Assembly: GCF_001194135.2 (NCBI RefSeq)
Contig: NC_068983.1
Span: 112,205,689-112,266,138 of the forward strand
Source: Octopus bimaculoides
Taxonomy: Eukaryota
DNA: 60,450 nucleotides
Reading direction: 5' to 3'
Shown here: positions 40,166 through 54,204 of the stretch, piece after piece
Position numbering within the stretch: the stretch's first letter is position 1
How the letters are laid out: the number at the start of each line of letters is the position of its first letter
Notes under the pieces: model-generated
What the model saw: the letters and a program-made list of their open reading frames with translations, nothing else
Told to the model about the DNA's origin: nothing
Database searches by the model: none
Position numbers and translations under genes: made by a program

Positions 40166-41361
40166 GTGGATTATATGAACTAATGTTTCTATGTTTGTTA
40201 TGTTCAGGTGTTTTAGGTACATATTCACTTGTCCTTAAATCCACTTCTAGCTAAGATATCAGTGTAGAAGCAGATAGAGCCTTTGAAGATTTGTTTGTTA
40301 GCTGACAGGTGTGAGAATCTGAGGGAAATATTTTATATAAAGATTTTAGCTGCGTTTTTAGGGTTGTTTGATTGTAAATGAATGTAGAGTAGGAACTTGT
40401 TTGATTAATGATAATATAAGGAAGTATTCACATCTAAAATAAATACACAAATTGTTTGTAAAAGCAAAGTCAATATCTACAATAAAGTGAGATACTTGGC
40501 TCTTTTAAATGAAGTACAAGTTTTTTACAAATCTACGAACAGTTTGTGAACTACAACCATGTAGTGTCAGAAGACCATCATCTCAGAAAAATCCCTCTCC
40601 AATTCTTGTGAAGCAAATTTTGATGTGCTATAGTAGGTAAAAACAAATGAGGTCACTAACCTTCACCAACTCATTTTCTTTCCATGCAGACATCTAAGGA
40701 GGGTGTTGGGGATTTTGTTAATCTAGACAGAGTTGTCATAATAAACTGGGCTCTTATTTACATAAGAAATAATGTCGATATCGTATCACTAATATGTTTT
40801 TGCAATAGAATTTTTTTCTCCTTTATCATTCAGTGTTTCCCATTTTCTTTTCTTCATACTTGCTGCTAATTGCATTAAAGGCAAGATGGAAGTATATAGT
40901 TTGGTCAGTTCAGTAAAGGATTTTGTTTTGTTTGATTGTATGAATAAACTTCCAAATTTCCTTTTGAATTTGTGCCCCATGTAGATTGGAATTTGTAGTT
41001 AATACTACAGAATTTTCTTTTTATTATTTGATGGAGTTTTTCTTTAAAGGATATTAGAAGTCTGTTTCCCCAAACGGGAAATTTTTAGTAGATTTATATG
41101 GGTTGTTGAAGAAGTAAGCCCCCCATAAAATATTTCTGATAAAAACGCTTGTCTTTTGAATCAGATATTTATGATTGTAGTCTTGGAGGGCCAAGTATAG
41201 TTTTCATGGAGATATCAATTTTTCTATGGTCACCATGTTTCCATGGTGGTTATGGTGCTCAACTGATTGGAGTAGTTATTTAAGTAGATTCTATTTAAAA
41301 GGCTAGAACTGTAACTTAAGGTAAAGTACATAATACATACATACGTATGTATGAACGAACA

Positions 41362-41397
<36 letters not shown>

Positions 41398-41699
41398 TAT
41401 ACATACANNNNNNNNNNNNNNNNNNNNNNNNNNNNNNNNNNNNNNNNNNNNNNNNNNNNNNNNNNNNNNNNNNNNNNNNNNNNNNNNNNNNNNNNNNNNN
41501 NNNNNNNACATAGAAAGGTTAGTTTTTTTTTATATTGAAAGAAAAGACACTGAAGCTTGTTTCATCATTCCTCAGCCGAGATGTCCCTTACGCTTACCCC
41601 TCAGGTAATATCTTCCCACTATCCTCCTGGCAATATTTTCTTGTAACAAAAGACTTAAGTTGGTATTTCTTAAATCAGAATATGCAATGCTATGTTAAT

Positions 41700-42005
41700 A
41701 CCAGCAACAGCATCACCACCACTACCACCACCACCAACAACAACAACAGCAGCAGCATCAACACCACTGTTACCAACAACATCACCACCACCACCATCAA
41801 CAATAATAAAATCTGCCCCTCCTTCTCTTCCTTTTCTTCTTCTTCTTCTTCTTCTTCTTCTTCTTCTTCCTCATCTTTCTCTTTCTTTCCTTCCTTTTTG
41901 TTTTTCTCTTGTTCATCCTTTGCTTCCCTTTCCTCTTCTTCTTCTCCCTCATCTTTCTCTTCTTCCTCTTCCCCTTTCTCCTCCTCCTCCTCCTCATCAT
42001 GATCA
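41700..42005. repeat. Compound microsatellite (CAC/CAA then CTT/CCT)
   Basis: Read directly from the sequence. Confidence 0.9.
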
Positions 42006-44555
42006 TCATTATCTAATGTCTTCTATACACTTGAGTTGGATGGAGGCCTGTATCAAGCGTCAACATCTTTTCTGGTATGGCTTCTATGACAGGATCTCCT
42101 TCCAAATGCCAACCACTTTACAGAGTGAACAGGGAGCATTTTACATGACACTAACACTAATGATTTCACTAAGTAACTGCAAGATGAAAAAATCCTCCTT
42201 GACAGTGAGCAGCTTTATGTCGTGCATTGAAAGGCTGAAGCATGATAGAAGGATAAGGATAAGTGTTTCCTATGGATACACCCGACTATTTGCATTATAT
42301 AGGGATAATTTGGACACAGTGGCAAAATACACCTTCATAGTACATAACTAAAATGTGTTCATTTTAAATACAAGCAACAGTTATATAATTGAAAGAGACA
42401 AAAGATATATATTACATATTCCTAAATGCAGATGGTTATTTTGTGGTTTGTATTATTGAGATTTGTTATATGAATTATTCTGAAAATATTAACCCATACA
42501 AATTATTTTCCAGCTTGATAGCCATTCCTGACCTTATATACTTAAATTTTACAAGATAATTTAATAATCTGTCTTTCATTTCCTCTTCTGCAATAGACTT
42601 GTCAGCTGCAGTCTACCAAAATATCAATTTAATTTGACTTCACTATCCAACTTCAAGATGTAAACCAGTGCAATAAAAATTTCATATATGCATAACATAT
42701 TTTTATTTACATATCCAGAATATAATATTCTAATAATATAATATTCAAGTAAATAAAATTATTGCAGTAGTCATTATAAATTTCTTGCACTTCAACCATA
42801 TGGGGTTTCTTATTCTCTCTTTGCAAGGTTGTAAACAAACTGAACACATTTTCATCCAATCAAAATGCTGTAAAACAAATTAGTTTAGTTGAAAGCATTG
42901 CCAAATTGTTTAAAGTATTTTTATCATATAACTTATGAGATTGTATGTTAAAATGTTATAATATTGGAGAGAATATGCTTAATAACAAAAGAAAAGAATT
43001 TAGTATTTAATTGTAACCAAATTCCAAATGCAAATTTTAAACTTTTGTGGAGGAGTCATATTTGTCATCCATATATTTCATACTATATTGATACTAGATC
43101 AGGTGAAACTTGCTTTATCAATACAAAACATAATGGGTGTCTCTCAAGAGTTTAGAAATAATTTATTATTGCTGGTGCTGCTATCTGATTTCAGTGCAAT
43201 TTTATTTTAGATCCTTCTAATTGAATTGAGTGCATGAGCATGACATCAATTGCAGATGTACAGAAAGTAGTAATAAGAAAACTTTTAATTTCTTTAATTT
43301 GTTATGATAACTAGATTCATTTTAATAGTGTTTCATCTTTCTTTCATTTTTGTAATACTCCTTTTCTATTCATGCACTTGTGACAACTAAAAGAAAAGAA
43401 AAAATATTTACAGTCATAATTACTGAGACATGCTACTTCAACTTTTGCATTTGTTCATGTTATACTGGATTGTTTATTCAATATTGTATGTTACCTTTGT
43501 TTGTACATTTTTTGTTGATATATTGTTAATGTCATCATTTTTGTTGTTATTGTTGTTGCTGCTTCTGTTGTTGTTGCTATTGTTGTTGCTGCTTCTGTTT
43601 GTCATGAACAGACACCTATAACAAAGCTCAATAAAATTGTATCTTGTCATGTTTTATTTGATGAGGAAGATTTTTAGAAGGGTGAGTGACATTTTGTCAT
43701 TTAAAGGCCTTAAACTATTTGTGTATCAGCCCTATTACAATATGGTAGAAAAATATGGTTTATCATATCATTATATTATTATATAAGGTTTATTTCTTAA
43801 ATGACTCAGCATGATTTCTAGAAGAGTAGGAAGGAGCACTAGCCAAAAAGATGGCTCTAATGGATAGATTCAAAAGAACTTGGAAATTTTTTGATTTCAT
43901 AAACAAATAATCAGCTTTAAAAAAAGATTAGCAAAGTAAAAAAAAATGATAATACTTGTAACTGGATTCTACTGTAAATGCAAACATTTATGTAATACAA
44001 ATATGAGAGAAAAAGTGGTGATAGTGCAAATTTTAAAACTGAAGGCAACAAGAATAGCAGTAGCTCTTGTGTGTACTGTGAATTCAGAAAACAACCTTTG
44101 CCACATTCCAGGTAGAAAAACTAGAAATAATTGATAGCTTCCGCTATTTAGGTGACCTGGGATGAGGTGGTGAAAGACGACCTTCGAACTTTAGGCATCA
44201 CCAAGGCGATGACTAGTGACCGGGACCTTTGGAAATATGCAGTACGTGAGAAGACCCGGCAAGCCAAGTGAGAACATAATCTGTAGCCTCTGCCAGAAGT
44301 GTAGCCAACTCACTTATTTGTATCTTTACTTCATTGGACACTAAACTCTGCTTGTGAAGACCTGTTGGGGCAAGTGAAATCGAAATTGTAATTGAACCAT
44401 ATTCAATGATGATATCAGTGGCTGTTTGGTAAGTAGCTTGCTTACCAACCACATGGTTCCGGGGTCAATCCCACTGCGTGTCACCTTGGGCAAGTGTCTT
44501 CTACTATAGTCAGTAAATGGTGGGGTTGTGTTAGCCGCATGTGGAGAAATAATAC

Positions 44556-45323
44556 GAAAATAAAAAATAATAATAAGGCAGAATGCTAAACTGAAAGCAT
44601 ATTTTGATATAGATGTGTATAAAGAAGATTAAAAAGAATTTCTAACTGGCTTTCATTGCATGGTAAATTTTCAAGAAGAGGGAGAATGAAAATGTTTTTT
44701 GGAAAAAAAAAAATAATAATATATAAAAAAATAAATATACCCAATATATTATATTGTCTTTGAGCTTTTAAAGTTCAATGGTAATCCATGTAGATAATTG
44801 TTAGAAAGTTTAGGATGCATGGAATTAAAAGTTGTGTTTACAATAAAGGGGCTGAAAGTTTATGTGTTAAGTAGGAAGTGTGGTGTCAAAACAGGAAGTG
44901 TGTGTAAGGGAAGACAATTCTGTGGGTTTTGAAATTTTATGTGTTAAGTAGGAAGTGTGGTGTCAAAACAGGAAGTTACACACACCTGTTTTGACACCAC
45001 ACTTCCTACTTAACACATAAACTTTCAGTCCCTTTTTTGTAAACACAACTTTTAATTCCATGCATCCTAATCTTTCTAACAATTATCTACATGGATTACC
45101 ATTGAACTTTAAAAGCTCAAAGACAATATAATGTATTGGTATATTTATTTTTTTATATATTATTTTTTATTTTTTTGCAAAAAGCATTTTCATTCTCCCT
45201 CTTCTTGAAAATTTGCCATGCATTGAAAGCCAGTTAGAAATCCTTTTTAATCTTCTTTATACACATCTATATTAAAATATGCTTTCAGTTTAGCATTCTG
45301 CCTTATTATTTTTTTTTATTTTC
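44556..45323. repeat. ~770-bp fold-back with ~350-bp arms
   Basis: Arms 44556-44907 and 44976-45323, about 95% identical by eye. The spacer contains a ~40-nt direct repeat of the left arm's inner part. Confidence 0.92.
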
Positions 45324-45419
45324 TATATATATATATATATACACACACACACATATATACTAGTGAGTAGACAAATGAAAGAAGGGCACTCAACACATTT
45401 ATTGGGAGTTATATGTAGA

Positions 45420-45571
45420 GATCAAAACAGTTTGATTCAAACTCCTTGGTATTCTGAGTTTCATGCATGATGATAATCTTTAGCCACTGAAGTCTGTCTC
45501 TAATGGCTGAAGATTAGCATTCCACTTGAAACTCTTTGGTACCAAAGAGTTTGAATCAAACTGTTTTGATC
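45420..45571. repeat. 152-bp fold-back / MITE-like element
   Basis: 32-bp terminal inverted repeats with 1 mismatch, plus an inner inverted pair aatctttagccact / aatggctgaagatt. Confidence 0.85.
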
Positions 45572-46429
45572 CATACATACATACATACATACATGCATGC
45601 ATACATACATGCATGCATACATACATGCATGCATACATACATGCATACGCACATACATACATGCATGCATGCATGCATACATACATACATCCACACACAC
45701 ACATATATGGTAAGCATAATTATCAAAGTAGAAAAATTACTAGAAAGCTTCTATTTTGCAGGGAGAAATCGAAGTTTGATGTTATTGTGTTTTGCTAGTT
45801 ATCATTTGCTGAATTTGGCTTCAGATGTAGGATTTTACCAAGTATCAAAATCTAACAACTCTTGCTGTTGTAAAGCGATTTTATCTTCTTTATTTTTATC
45901 ATAAACAGTACTGCAGCCAAATGTAAAATTTGTCTACTTCCATTGGTCACAAAGATCACTCTGAATAAGCAGCCAATCATAATAATATTTTTGCTGCAAT
46001 CTGGCATTTGCTCCATCTTTTCATTCTGAGTTCAAATACAGTTACTGTCAACTTTGCCTTTCATCTTTCAAAAATGCTCAGCAGCATTTCCTCTAGATTT
46101 ACATTCTGAGTTCAAATGCCACTGGAGTTAACTTTGCCTTTCATCCTTACGGGGTTTGTCAAATTAAGTATCAATGAAACACTGGGGTTGATGTAATCAA
46201 CTAGTCCCCTAATTTTCAAAGTCTTGTAGGTTATTGACCTGAGAGTGAGTTGTTCTTTTCCTTTTTCCCTAATATATTTTGATATTTTGTGTTTATTTTT
46301 TATTTATGTATTGTTGTTTTATTCTTTTCTAGATATTTTGTCTTCCGTCTAGATGGCTCTAGTTTGTTCTTTATTATTTCCTTTCATTTATATAGTCATA
46401 TGTTTTGCAAATAACTTGCACATGCAAGT

Positions 46430-49090
46430 GCTACCAGTCGAAAGCTTCACATACTGGAAGCCAACAAGTGTATGGGGTCATTAGGAGAGAATGCACGCCA
46501 TTTTAGGGCCTACTTCTTGATAGCATCATTGTGCACTGGCCCCTCCTCCTCACTGAAATGAGGCTCTGCTTGCTAGATCAACTAGTTATCAAATATAGCT
46601 CAATATTCTTCTAGCTATTGCTCATCGTCTGTTTTTAACCAAATCTAGTGGCTTGCCTTTTCCATTGTAGTTTGTATATCGCTCATGATGGTATCTGCTT
46701 TACGATGAACTAGGCTTATCAATAACAACAGTCACCTCACACTGTGTCCAACAAATCCTCTACATCCAACTTTGATTGGAAAATGCTCCACTTTCCAGCT
46801 TGTGTCTTCACATTCCTTGAGGAGGTTTACATAATGGTCAATCTTTTGAGTCAGAGTGGGATCATGTTATCTTAATGCAGAACCATGAACTTGATGAGAA
46901 TTTACTATTTCCTTTCTTTCATAGTGGGATGGGAAAGAATCTTTGGTACCCTGGTAAATCTGCAGCCACCTTCCAATAGCCATTCCACTTTTCATTGCTC
47001 ACAGGAAGTTTCTTCTTGAAATTGATCTGCCGTCCTGAGCACACAAAAGTAATGAAATCTCTAGTTGGTTCTTTCAATGGTTTTTTGCCACTGTTGATGA
47101 GAACAATTTGGTTTTTTATGGCATTGAAGATAACCTTGAGGACCAGATTGTGTCTCCATGTATGTCTGTTCAATGGCAGTGAACAGCTTGAAAGAATGCT
47201 TCAGTGTTCCAACTTTTCTGCATTTACATATATCATTGTCTGAGACATTCCATTTTACTAGATTTGTAGGCAATGGCAAGACATCAGAGGATGAAAGAAT
47301 CAGAAAACTTAGCTGTTGATGTAGTCTACCTCTATATCCCATTCCTACTTATTTTTTCTCTCAACAACATGTTCCTTCTATTTCATCATCTGTCCTTGTT
47401 GAGTGCATTGGATCACATTGAGCTCTCTTCTCTCTGTTTCTCTTATTTTGATGCTGTTGCTAACAACACATCTGCATTCACTCCACATCATGCTTGTAAA
47501 TGGTCTGAATTGATCTGCACAAAATCCAAGTCCCTTCCAATGAATTTATGTTGCACCCACCATATTTCGATGTGTAAGTGAAGACAGGATGTCACCAGTC
47601 TCTGCTTCTGCTTTCCACTTACTGGCTGTTTTTACATCTGGTGGATTACACTTGATTTCTATACCCTTCAACTCTTTCAGCATCATCGCCATTTGTACCT
47701 TCCCTACTTTACAAATTTCGACTATTGACGCCAGTGGTAACTGCAGTGAGCCTTTTTTACGATAGAGAGCCGAATTGTTCAATATCCGAGGTAGGCCTAG
47801 CCACTTTCTAATGAACACATAACACTTTTATTCAATGATTTGAACTCATGACAGTGCTGCCTCATATATTAGAAGTGGCCACATAAGGCATGGATACAAG
47901 CCGAACAGTAAGTACCATAATTTATATTTACCTGGTAGCTTTGAGCTATCAATTGCTGTTAACCCATCCTCAGCTTGTTTTATGATTTGCATCCCTCGAC
48001 TCCTATCTGACAATGTTTGATCATATACACACCCCAAGCTCTTAATGGATTCTTCCTTGACTGTTGGAATGCTTTCTTCAGCTATTTTAAACTTAACTTC
48101 CTTTTGCACTCCCTTAATAAGTGTCAGACTATGCAACTTTTTTGTCCTAAATCACATCCTTGACCACTTCACCAGCTCATCTAGCCTCAAGAGGGCACTC
48201 TGCATGATTTGCTTGTCTGTCGACAGAAGTGTCATGTCATCCAGGAAAGTCTTCTTAGGTGATTTTACATGGGCGATTTGTTCTGAAAAGTCTGCTGCTT
48301 TCAAAATCATCTCCACGACTAGCATAAACCACATGACAGAGATATTTTGCAGCCAACAGTAATGCCAATCTCCTGTTAGTGCCAATCTGTTGTAAAATTT
48401 ATAGCTGTAAACCTCATCTCGAAACTGTCATAATATATCCTTATTAATTTTGTTACTTTTACTGGAATGTGGAAGTGGTCCATGGCTCTCATCAGTAATT
48501 CATGTGGCACTGTCCCATAGGCATTAGCTAGATCAAAATACACCACATTCAGACTTATCTTGTTCTGTTTGGCATCCTAGATCACTTTGCAAATTGTAAA
48601 ACAATACTCAATGCAGCCAAGGATTCCAACCTTTTGAACTGATTCATCAATATATCCATTACTCTGTAAATATGTCACTGTTCTCCTCGAGAGAATTCCC
48701 ATAAAGATCTTGCCTTCCACATTCAATAAGGATATTGGCCTAAACTGTTTTATAGTCTCTGCATTGGCCTCCTTCAGCAGGTGTGTGCCTTCTGCCTTAC
48801 ACCAATCTTCTACTAGAGTCGCTTCATGCCACAGCTGTCAGAATAGGACAAAGAGCTTCTTTCTTAGACAATTTCAATATTTATATACTTTATATGAGAC
48901 ACCTTCACCTCCTGGGGCACTCTTTGCTCTAGATTTTCTTACCAAATCATTCACTTCTTTCTCCCTGATACCCCAATTTAAATTCAATATCAGATTCTAA
49001 GAGATGCTTTAACCCATTTATAGATGGCAATGACTTGTTATGGTTTGGATCAGTGTAGGTTTCTTTGATATGAGCACTGGCATAGCTATA
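46430..49090 (-). mobile_element. Decayed Hero-like (RLE-type) non-LTR retrotransposon
   Basis: QFRPISLLNVEGKIF, FDLANAYGTVPH, FLDDMT, FIRKWLGLPR, HTWRHNLVL, HFPIKVGCRGF. Many frameshifts and stops. Confidence 0.85.
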
Positions 49091-50481
49091 GTGTGTGCTG
49101 CTCGGGGCGGCCCTTCCGTATGCTGCCCCTCCAGATACCACAAAAAATCATACTACCAACAGCAAACCCAAAAGTGCCACTTATAAATTGGTAATTAGTA
49201 GAAATTTACAATAGTTTAAAGTGGCCAAAGACTTTGCATGGTACTGTATATCGAGATCAGTTTTGGGCTGGTGTCTTGAACACTGTAGTTAATTGTTTTT
49301 TTCTTTTCTGTTGAGACTTTTCCATTCACTTAACTATCTGTTTATTTATATCAGAGCTTTACTTTATAACTAGGATATCTAGTGTATTTATACCTATTAT
49401 TTTATTTCTAATACTGATTCTTTTTCTTTTTAAATATAAATAAAATTCTTCTGTAGTATATTCTTCTAACTTTCTTCATCATTTTTGTGTGTTTTATACT
49501 ATGAATTTTTATCTACATCTAAATATTTGTGTGGATAGTTTTACTCTAATTGTATGATTTCAATGTTTGCATCTAATTTAATTTTCTCATTTCTTTAATG
49601 ATCTCAGAAAATTTAAATGCTCTCAACAAGATTACATTTTAAACAAACAGACTCATTTATAAACAAGAATTGACATTTGATAAGTAGAAAAGAAAAAATA
49701 CCAGAAACTCAAAAATAAATGACAATAATAAAAGCTTTAACAATAACCACTCATCTTTTGCCAAAGTTTGCAAACCAAAAAAGAGTTATTCGACATGAGT
49801 TAACTTCATACTAAGGAACAACAAATAAGAGGTATGCTACAAAATGAAATTAAGTACATCCTTGTCTAGAATTATTATTCAAATATTCTAGACAAGCTAA
49901 AAAGGAGTGACAAAAAAAAAAAATGAGTAGGATTTTCATATGCTACAGAGAGAGAAGTTGGAAGTTGGCTTAGTGGATGTGCAGTAGAATTTATGCAACC
50001 TCAATAAGGGTAAAGCATATAGGAGTAGTGCATATTATTTGAGACAGAGGATGTAGTAAGTAGGTTGGTAGGACTCAAGTACTACATCCCTGCCCAAGGA
50101 CAGTTCAATGATACATGGGAATGAAAAATTGAAAGGTTACAATCAGTGATTTTGGTACTGACATTGGACCTTGGCTTGTCATTATCTTCGCAGTACACTA
50201 TGAGCAGGTAATGCACAAAGAGGTGATCTGCAAAGACATATACTTGGATGGGGGTCTAAAGCTAAATCTAGATAACCCATGAAAATTACAAAGCTATCCA
50301 GAAGCTATACTCTGCTGAGGAATCAGGTCAATCAAACTAGTGATTCATGGAAGTAAGCCCAGTTATTATACATGTGGTATTAAAAAGCACTGCAGGCTCT
50401 TCTATGCAGAAGAAAAAGAAAAAGGAAGAAAAAGTGAGTGGTAAACAGCAGTAGCAGTGTGAACAACAATAAGCCCCTGAT

Positions 50482-50705
50482 ATTTATTTCTTTATTACCC
50501 ACAGGGGACTAAACACAGAAAGGACAGACAAAAGGATTAAGTCGATTACATAGACCCCAGAGTGTAACTGATACTTATTTAATCAACCCTGAAAGGATGA
50601 AAGGCAAAGTCAACCTCAGCGGAATTTGAACTCAGAATGTAAAGACAGACGAAATACCGCTATGCATTTCACCCGGCATGCTAACGATTCTACCAACTTG
50701 CCACC
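50482..50705 (-). mobile_element. SINE family C copy
   Basis: Aligns to 39930-40165. Other minus-strand copies at ~6991-7165, 11875-12035, 51150-51300 and 57895-58072. Confidence 0.85.
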
Positions 50706-52281
50706 CTGGTATTAAGAGAAAGACTGTGACTGTTGCTACTACTGTATACAAAGCACAGCCGGTTCCAGCCTTCAGTTTAGTGCTGTGGTCTTAGCATCAA
50801 GCACAAAATGCTCCAGAAACGTCTAGTTGCTAATCTTTTCCATTGAATTGCAATTATTTGTGGAGAAGATGGACTCTATGAAGTGGTTGGCAGCGGCAGC
50901 CATTGGAAACATCAGTGAGAGAAGAAAGAGTAAAAACATACTTGTGAGCTTAGTAAGAAACAAAAGTAAGTTAATAGAAAGGAACCTGTATTCCTGCAGT
51001 ACCTCAGTGTCCAAATTAACAATGAGAACATAATGATGCTGCCAAATGAGACTAGAGAAATATTATATTGATTGAAGAAAAGATGGAGGTGAGGTGAATC
51101 TTACTCCAAATAAAAAAAAAAAACCTGTTAATAAAGATCACACTAATACTGATTTCAAATTTTGGGGAAGAGGTAAGTGCAAAACCTCAAATCAACCTCA
51201 AATGGATGAAAGACAAAGTTGACCTTGGCAGAATTTCAAGATAGATGAAATGCTGCTAAGTATTTTGTCCAGCATGCTAATAATTCTGCCAGCTCACAGC
51301 CTACCTTAGATCACACTAAAACTAGTAGCTAGTGTTAACCTGCCCAAAAGATATGGTAATTCAGCAAAATCTTAAGACAAAAACAAGTACATTAGATGAA
51401 CCCAGTTTCCTGAAGCTGATAGGAGCTGATAGTGCTCAATGCAAAGGAATGTCCTGTGTTAACCAAGATGGCAGCTACTCACCTATTTGTGTGTGGGTTA
51501 TCTTATTTATTTTGAGTACTAAATTTCAATTTATTTTATTGTAGTACTGGGGAGATGACTGGTGATTCAGAGCAGAAGACTCAGTTGCTGAATGTACGGT
51601 AGTGCAAGCCAATTAACAACTTGTTCATCAGAAGGAAAATATAAAAGGAAGGGAGAAAAAAATCCTTCTGCTATATCTGCTTCTGTTCCTGACTACTGTT
51701 GCAATCGGGAAGAGAAGCAGACACAACAGATGGCTGAAACGATTTGTATTATATATTTAGGTTTTTATGCCCAATGATAAGTAATAATTATTATCATTAC
51801 GCAAACTGTTTTGTTTGTACATATACCTATTTAAGTAGATTGAATCAGCTAAAATGTTGAACATGGATGATTCTATCTTGAAGATAATGGTATAAAGAAA
51901 AGGAATTTTCTTTCAATTAACTGCTTTCAGAGTGAGAAATATTTTTGTCATCTAAAAATGTCATCAAAACAACCATATAACAACTGAGTCTGCTTGTACA
52001 GCTTAGCTGCAGTCATTAGCAGGGACTTTGATATATAAGCAGGTAGAGCATTAAAATGCATGGAACTGTTTACTGAATACCAGCTACATTGCACCTCATA
52101 CAACCAATGACTGCATGAGAAGCTGTATACTCTAGTATATAACTCATGCTGACTGAAGTATGGCTTGGCATATTTAATTAGAGGCAACTGCTGGTTAAAT
52201 TCTATTGGTCTGCAGAGGCAGAGTTCATTGGAACTACTCAATAAGACAACTATCAATAAATTTAGTTATTCATTTACTTAC

Positions 52282-52456
52282 CGGTGTGTAATCCAATTCT
52301 CAGGAGCAAAGGCATATTCCACAAATGGTTAACTCGTAAGTTGCCACATTGGTACAAAAGATCTAATGCCATTGTGCCAATTTCACCGGCATGTTTTATT
52401 CCATTACGTTCTGGAAGACCGCTTACAACCATATAAGCATCCCCTATTGTTTCCAC
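52282..52456 (-). CDS. Guanylyl cyclase (membrane/retinal-GC-like) catalytic domain, first exon in window
   Basis: [58 protein letters not shown](G). Class III cyclase motif with the GC-type Glu and the metal-binding Asp. Acceptor ctgtag|GTG, donor G|gtaagt; 175 nt, ends phase 1. Confidence 0.97.
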
Positions 52457-52522
52457 CTACAGGTAGTGAAAAATAAAATCCTTATTAATAGATTACTGAT
52501 ATATGAGTGTATTTGAGAGAGA

Positions 52523-52577
<55 letters not shown>

Positions 52578-54204
52578 TGTGTGTGTGTAAGTATGTGTGT
52601 GCACATGCATGTGCGTAAGAGAAAATATGGTGGCATAGAAAGAAAATGATTGACAGAAGAGAGAAAGCGGGGGAAATACAGGAAGATGGACTGTATAAGA
52701 ATAGAGAAGGAAAGAAAAAAAAAAGAGAAGTGAGAAAGAAATGCTAGAGAAAAATTTTAAAACAAAATTAAAGGCTTTCAGAAGATTAATAAAAAAAAAT
52801 GACATAAGTGGAAAAGAGAGAGAATTTATGCTTTTTTTTTTACTGTTTGTTTCTGCTGTTTAGTTAAACTGTTTGGTTTCGTGGACTTGCTGTCGCATAG
52901 CTATCTCTTCATTTGTTCCATGTACAATGTGAGTTCCCAGTTTGTTTAAGTTTTTATTTATGTGTGTTAGATTATGTAGTAAAGTTAGTAGAACCAATGA
53001 CTGAACTCACTGCACCTTTGATGTCACAAACAGCAAATATGTGCATGGGCTGGTTAGGGGAAGAAGTATAAGAAAAGGTGAAAGATTTATTTCCAAAAAT
53101 TGCAATGAACTCCAGTTTTATAGTTCCAATTGGAACAAAATTAGTTTGAAGTTCTTTGCAAAAGCATTCTGTGCTCACATTGAATCTAATAATTCAATAT
53201 TATATTTTGCTTTTAACTCATGACTTTGTATAAATGGTAGTATGAAGAATTTAATATTTTTCACTTAGATTTGTGGATGTAATTTGATAAAGTAATTTGA
53301 CTTCACCACCAAATTAGAAAAAACTCTAGTAAATAAACGGCAAGTTAAATGTAATGTCTGAATACATGAGGTCATTGAGAAAAATCAATAGTATTTGTGT
53401 TTTCAGAGTTAACCTATCCTACATAAAATACTAAAACCCCAATTTGAATAGATTTGTCGTCATTATGAAACAAAGTCTAATGTTAAATAACTAAAATTAA
53501 TGCAACATTTTCTTTCAAAATATTTTTCATATTCATTAGTTGTTTTCAAGATAACATATGTTGAATATGATGTTATAGGAAATACAAGAATAGGGTGAAT
53601 GATTTTATAAATTTATATAGTTTTTATATTTTATGCCCTGTATACTGAACAGATCAATTGTAATTGTTTACTATATTCATGCTTGTTTAGTATATTCATG
53701 CATTTGGGGTAGATTTAAAAGTTGCTAACAGAATGCCTTTCAGTTCCATATATGAATTTGAATACATGCATACGCATATACATACATACATACATACATG
53801 CATGCATACATATGTGCATTTTTTTTAGGTAGGTATGTATGTATGTGCGAAAGCGCACGGCTCGTATAGTGAATGGGGAAAGCTTGGTCTGCAATGTTTG
53901 CAGTCATGTATGCTTGTCAAGAGCAGGGCTCATTAGCCACCAATGGAGCCGCAAATGCAAAATATAAGTTAGTCCTAGAGTGCACAATATTCCTGAAGGT
54001 CGGCAATGGTCTTCCTCAGTCACGAGTGGACGGCCATCATCATGTATGTATGTATGCATGTTTGCATGCCTACATATCCATCAAATGTAAATAATGTAAA
54101 TAACATACATAATCTCTCATCTCTTAAGTATAGAATTGTACTAGTGGAATATTCCAAATAAAATTATCAACCCATGTAAATACAACAAGACCAAGAATCA
54201 TATA

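Noticed and set aside
49980-51780. Short ORFs at 50823-51777
   Set aside because: No splice-consistent or recognisable protein. They look like very old LINE debris but are too decayed to call.
52315-52335. HLWNMP in place of the usual HLP/HMP as a sign of a dead enzyme or editing
   Set aside because: All visible catalytic and specificity residues are intact, and the change is not an A-to-I type.
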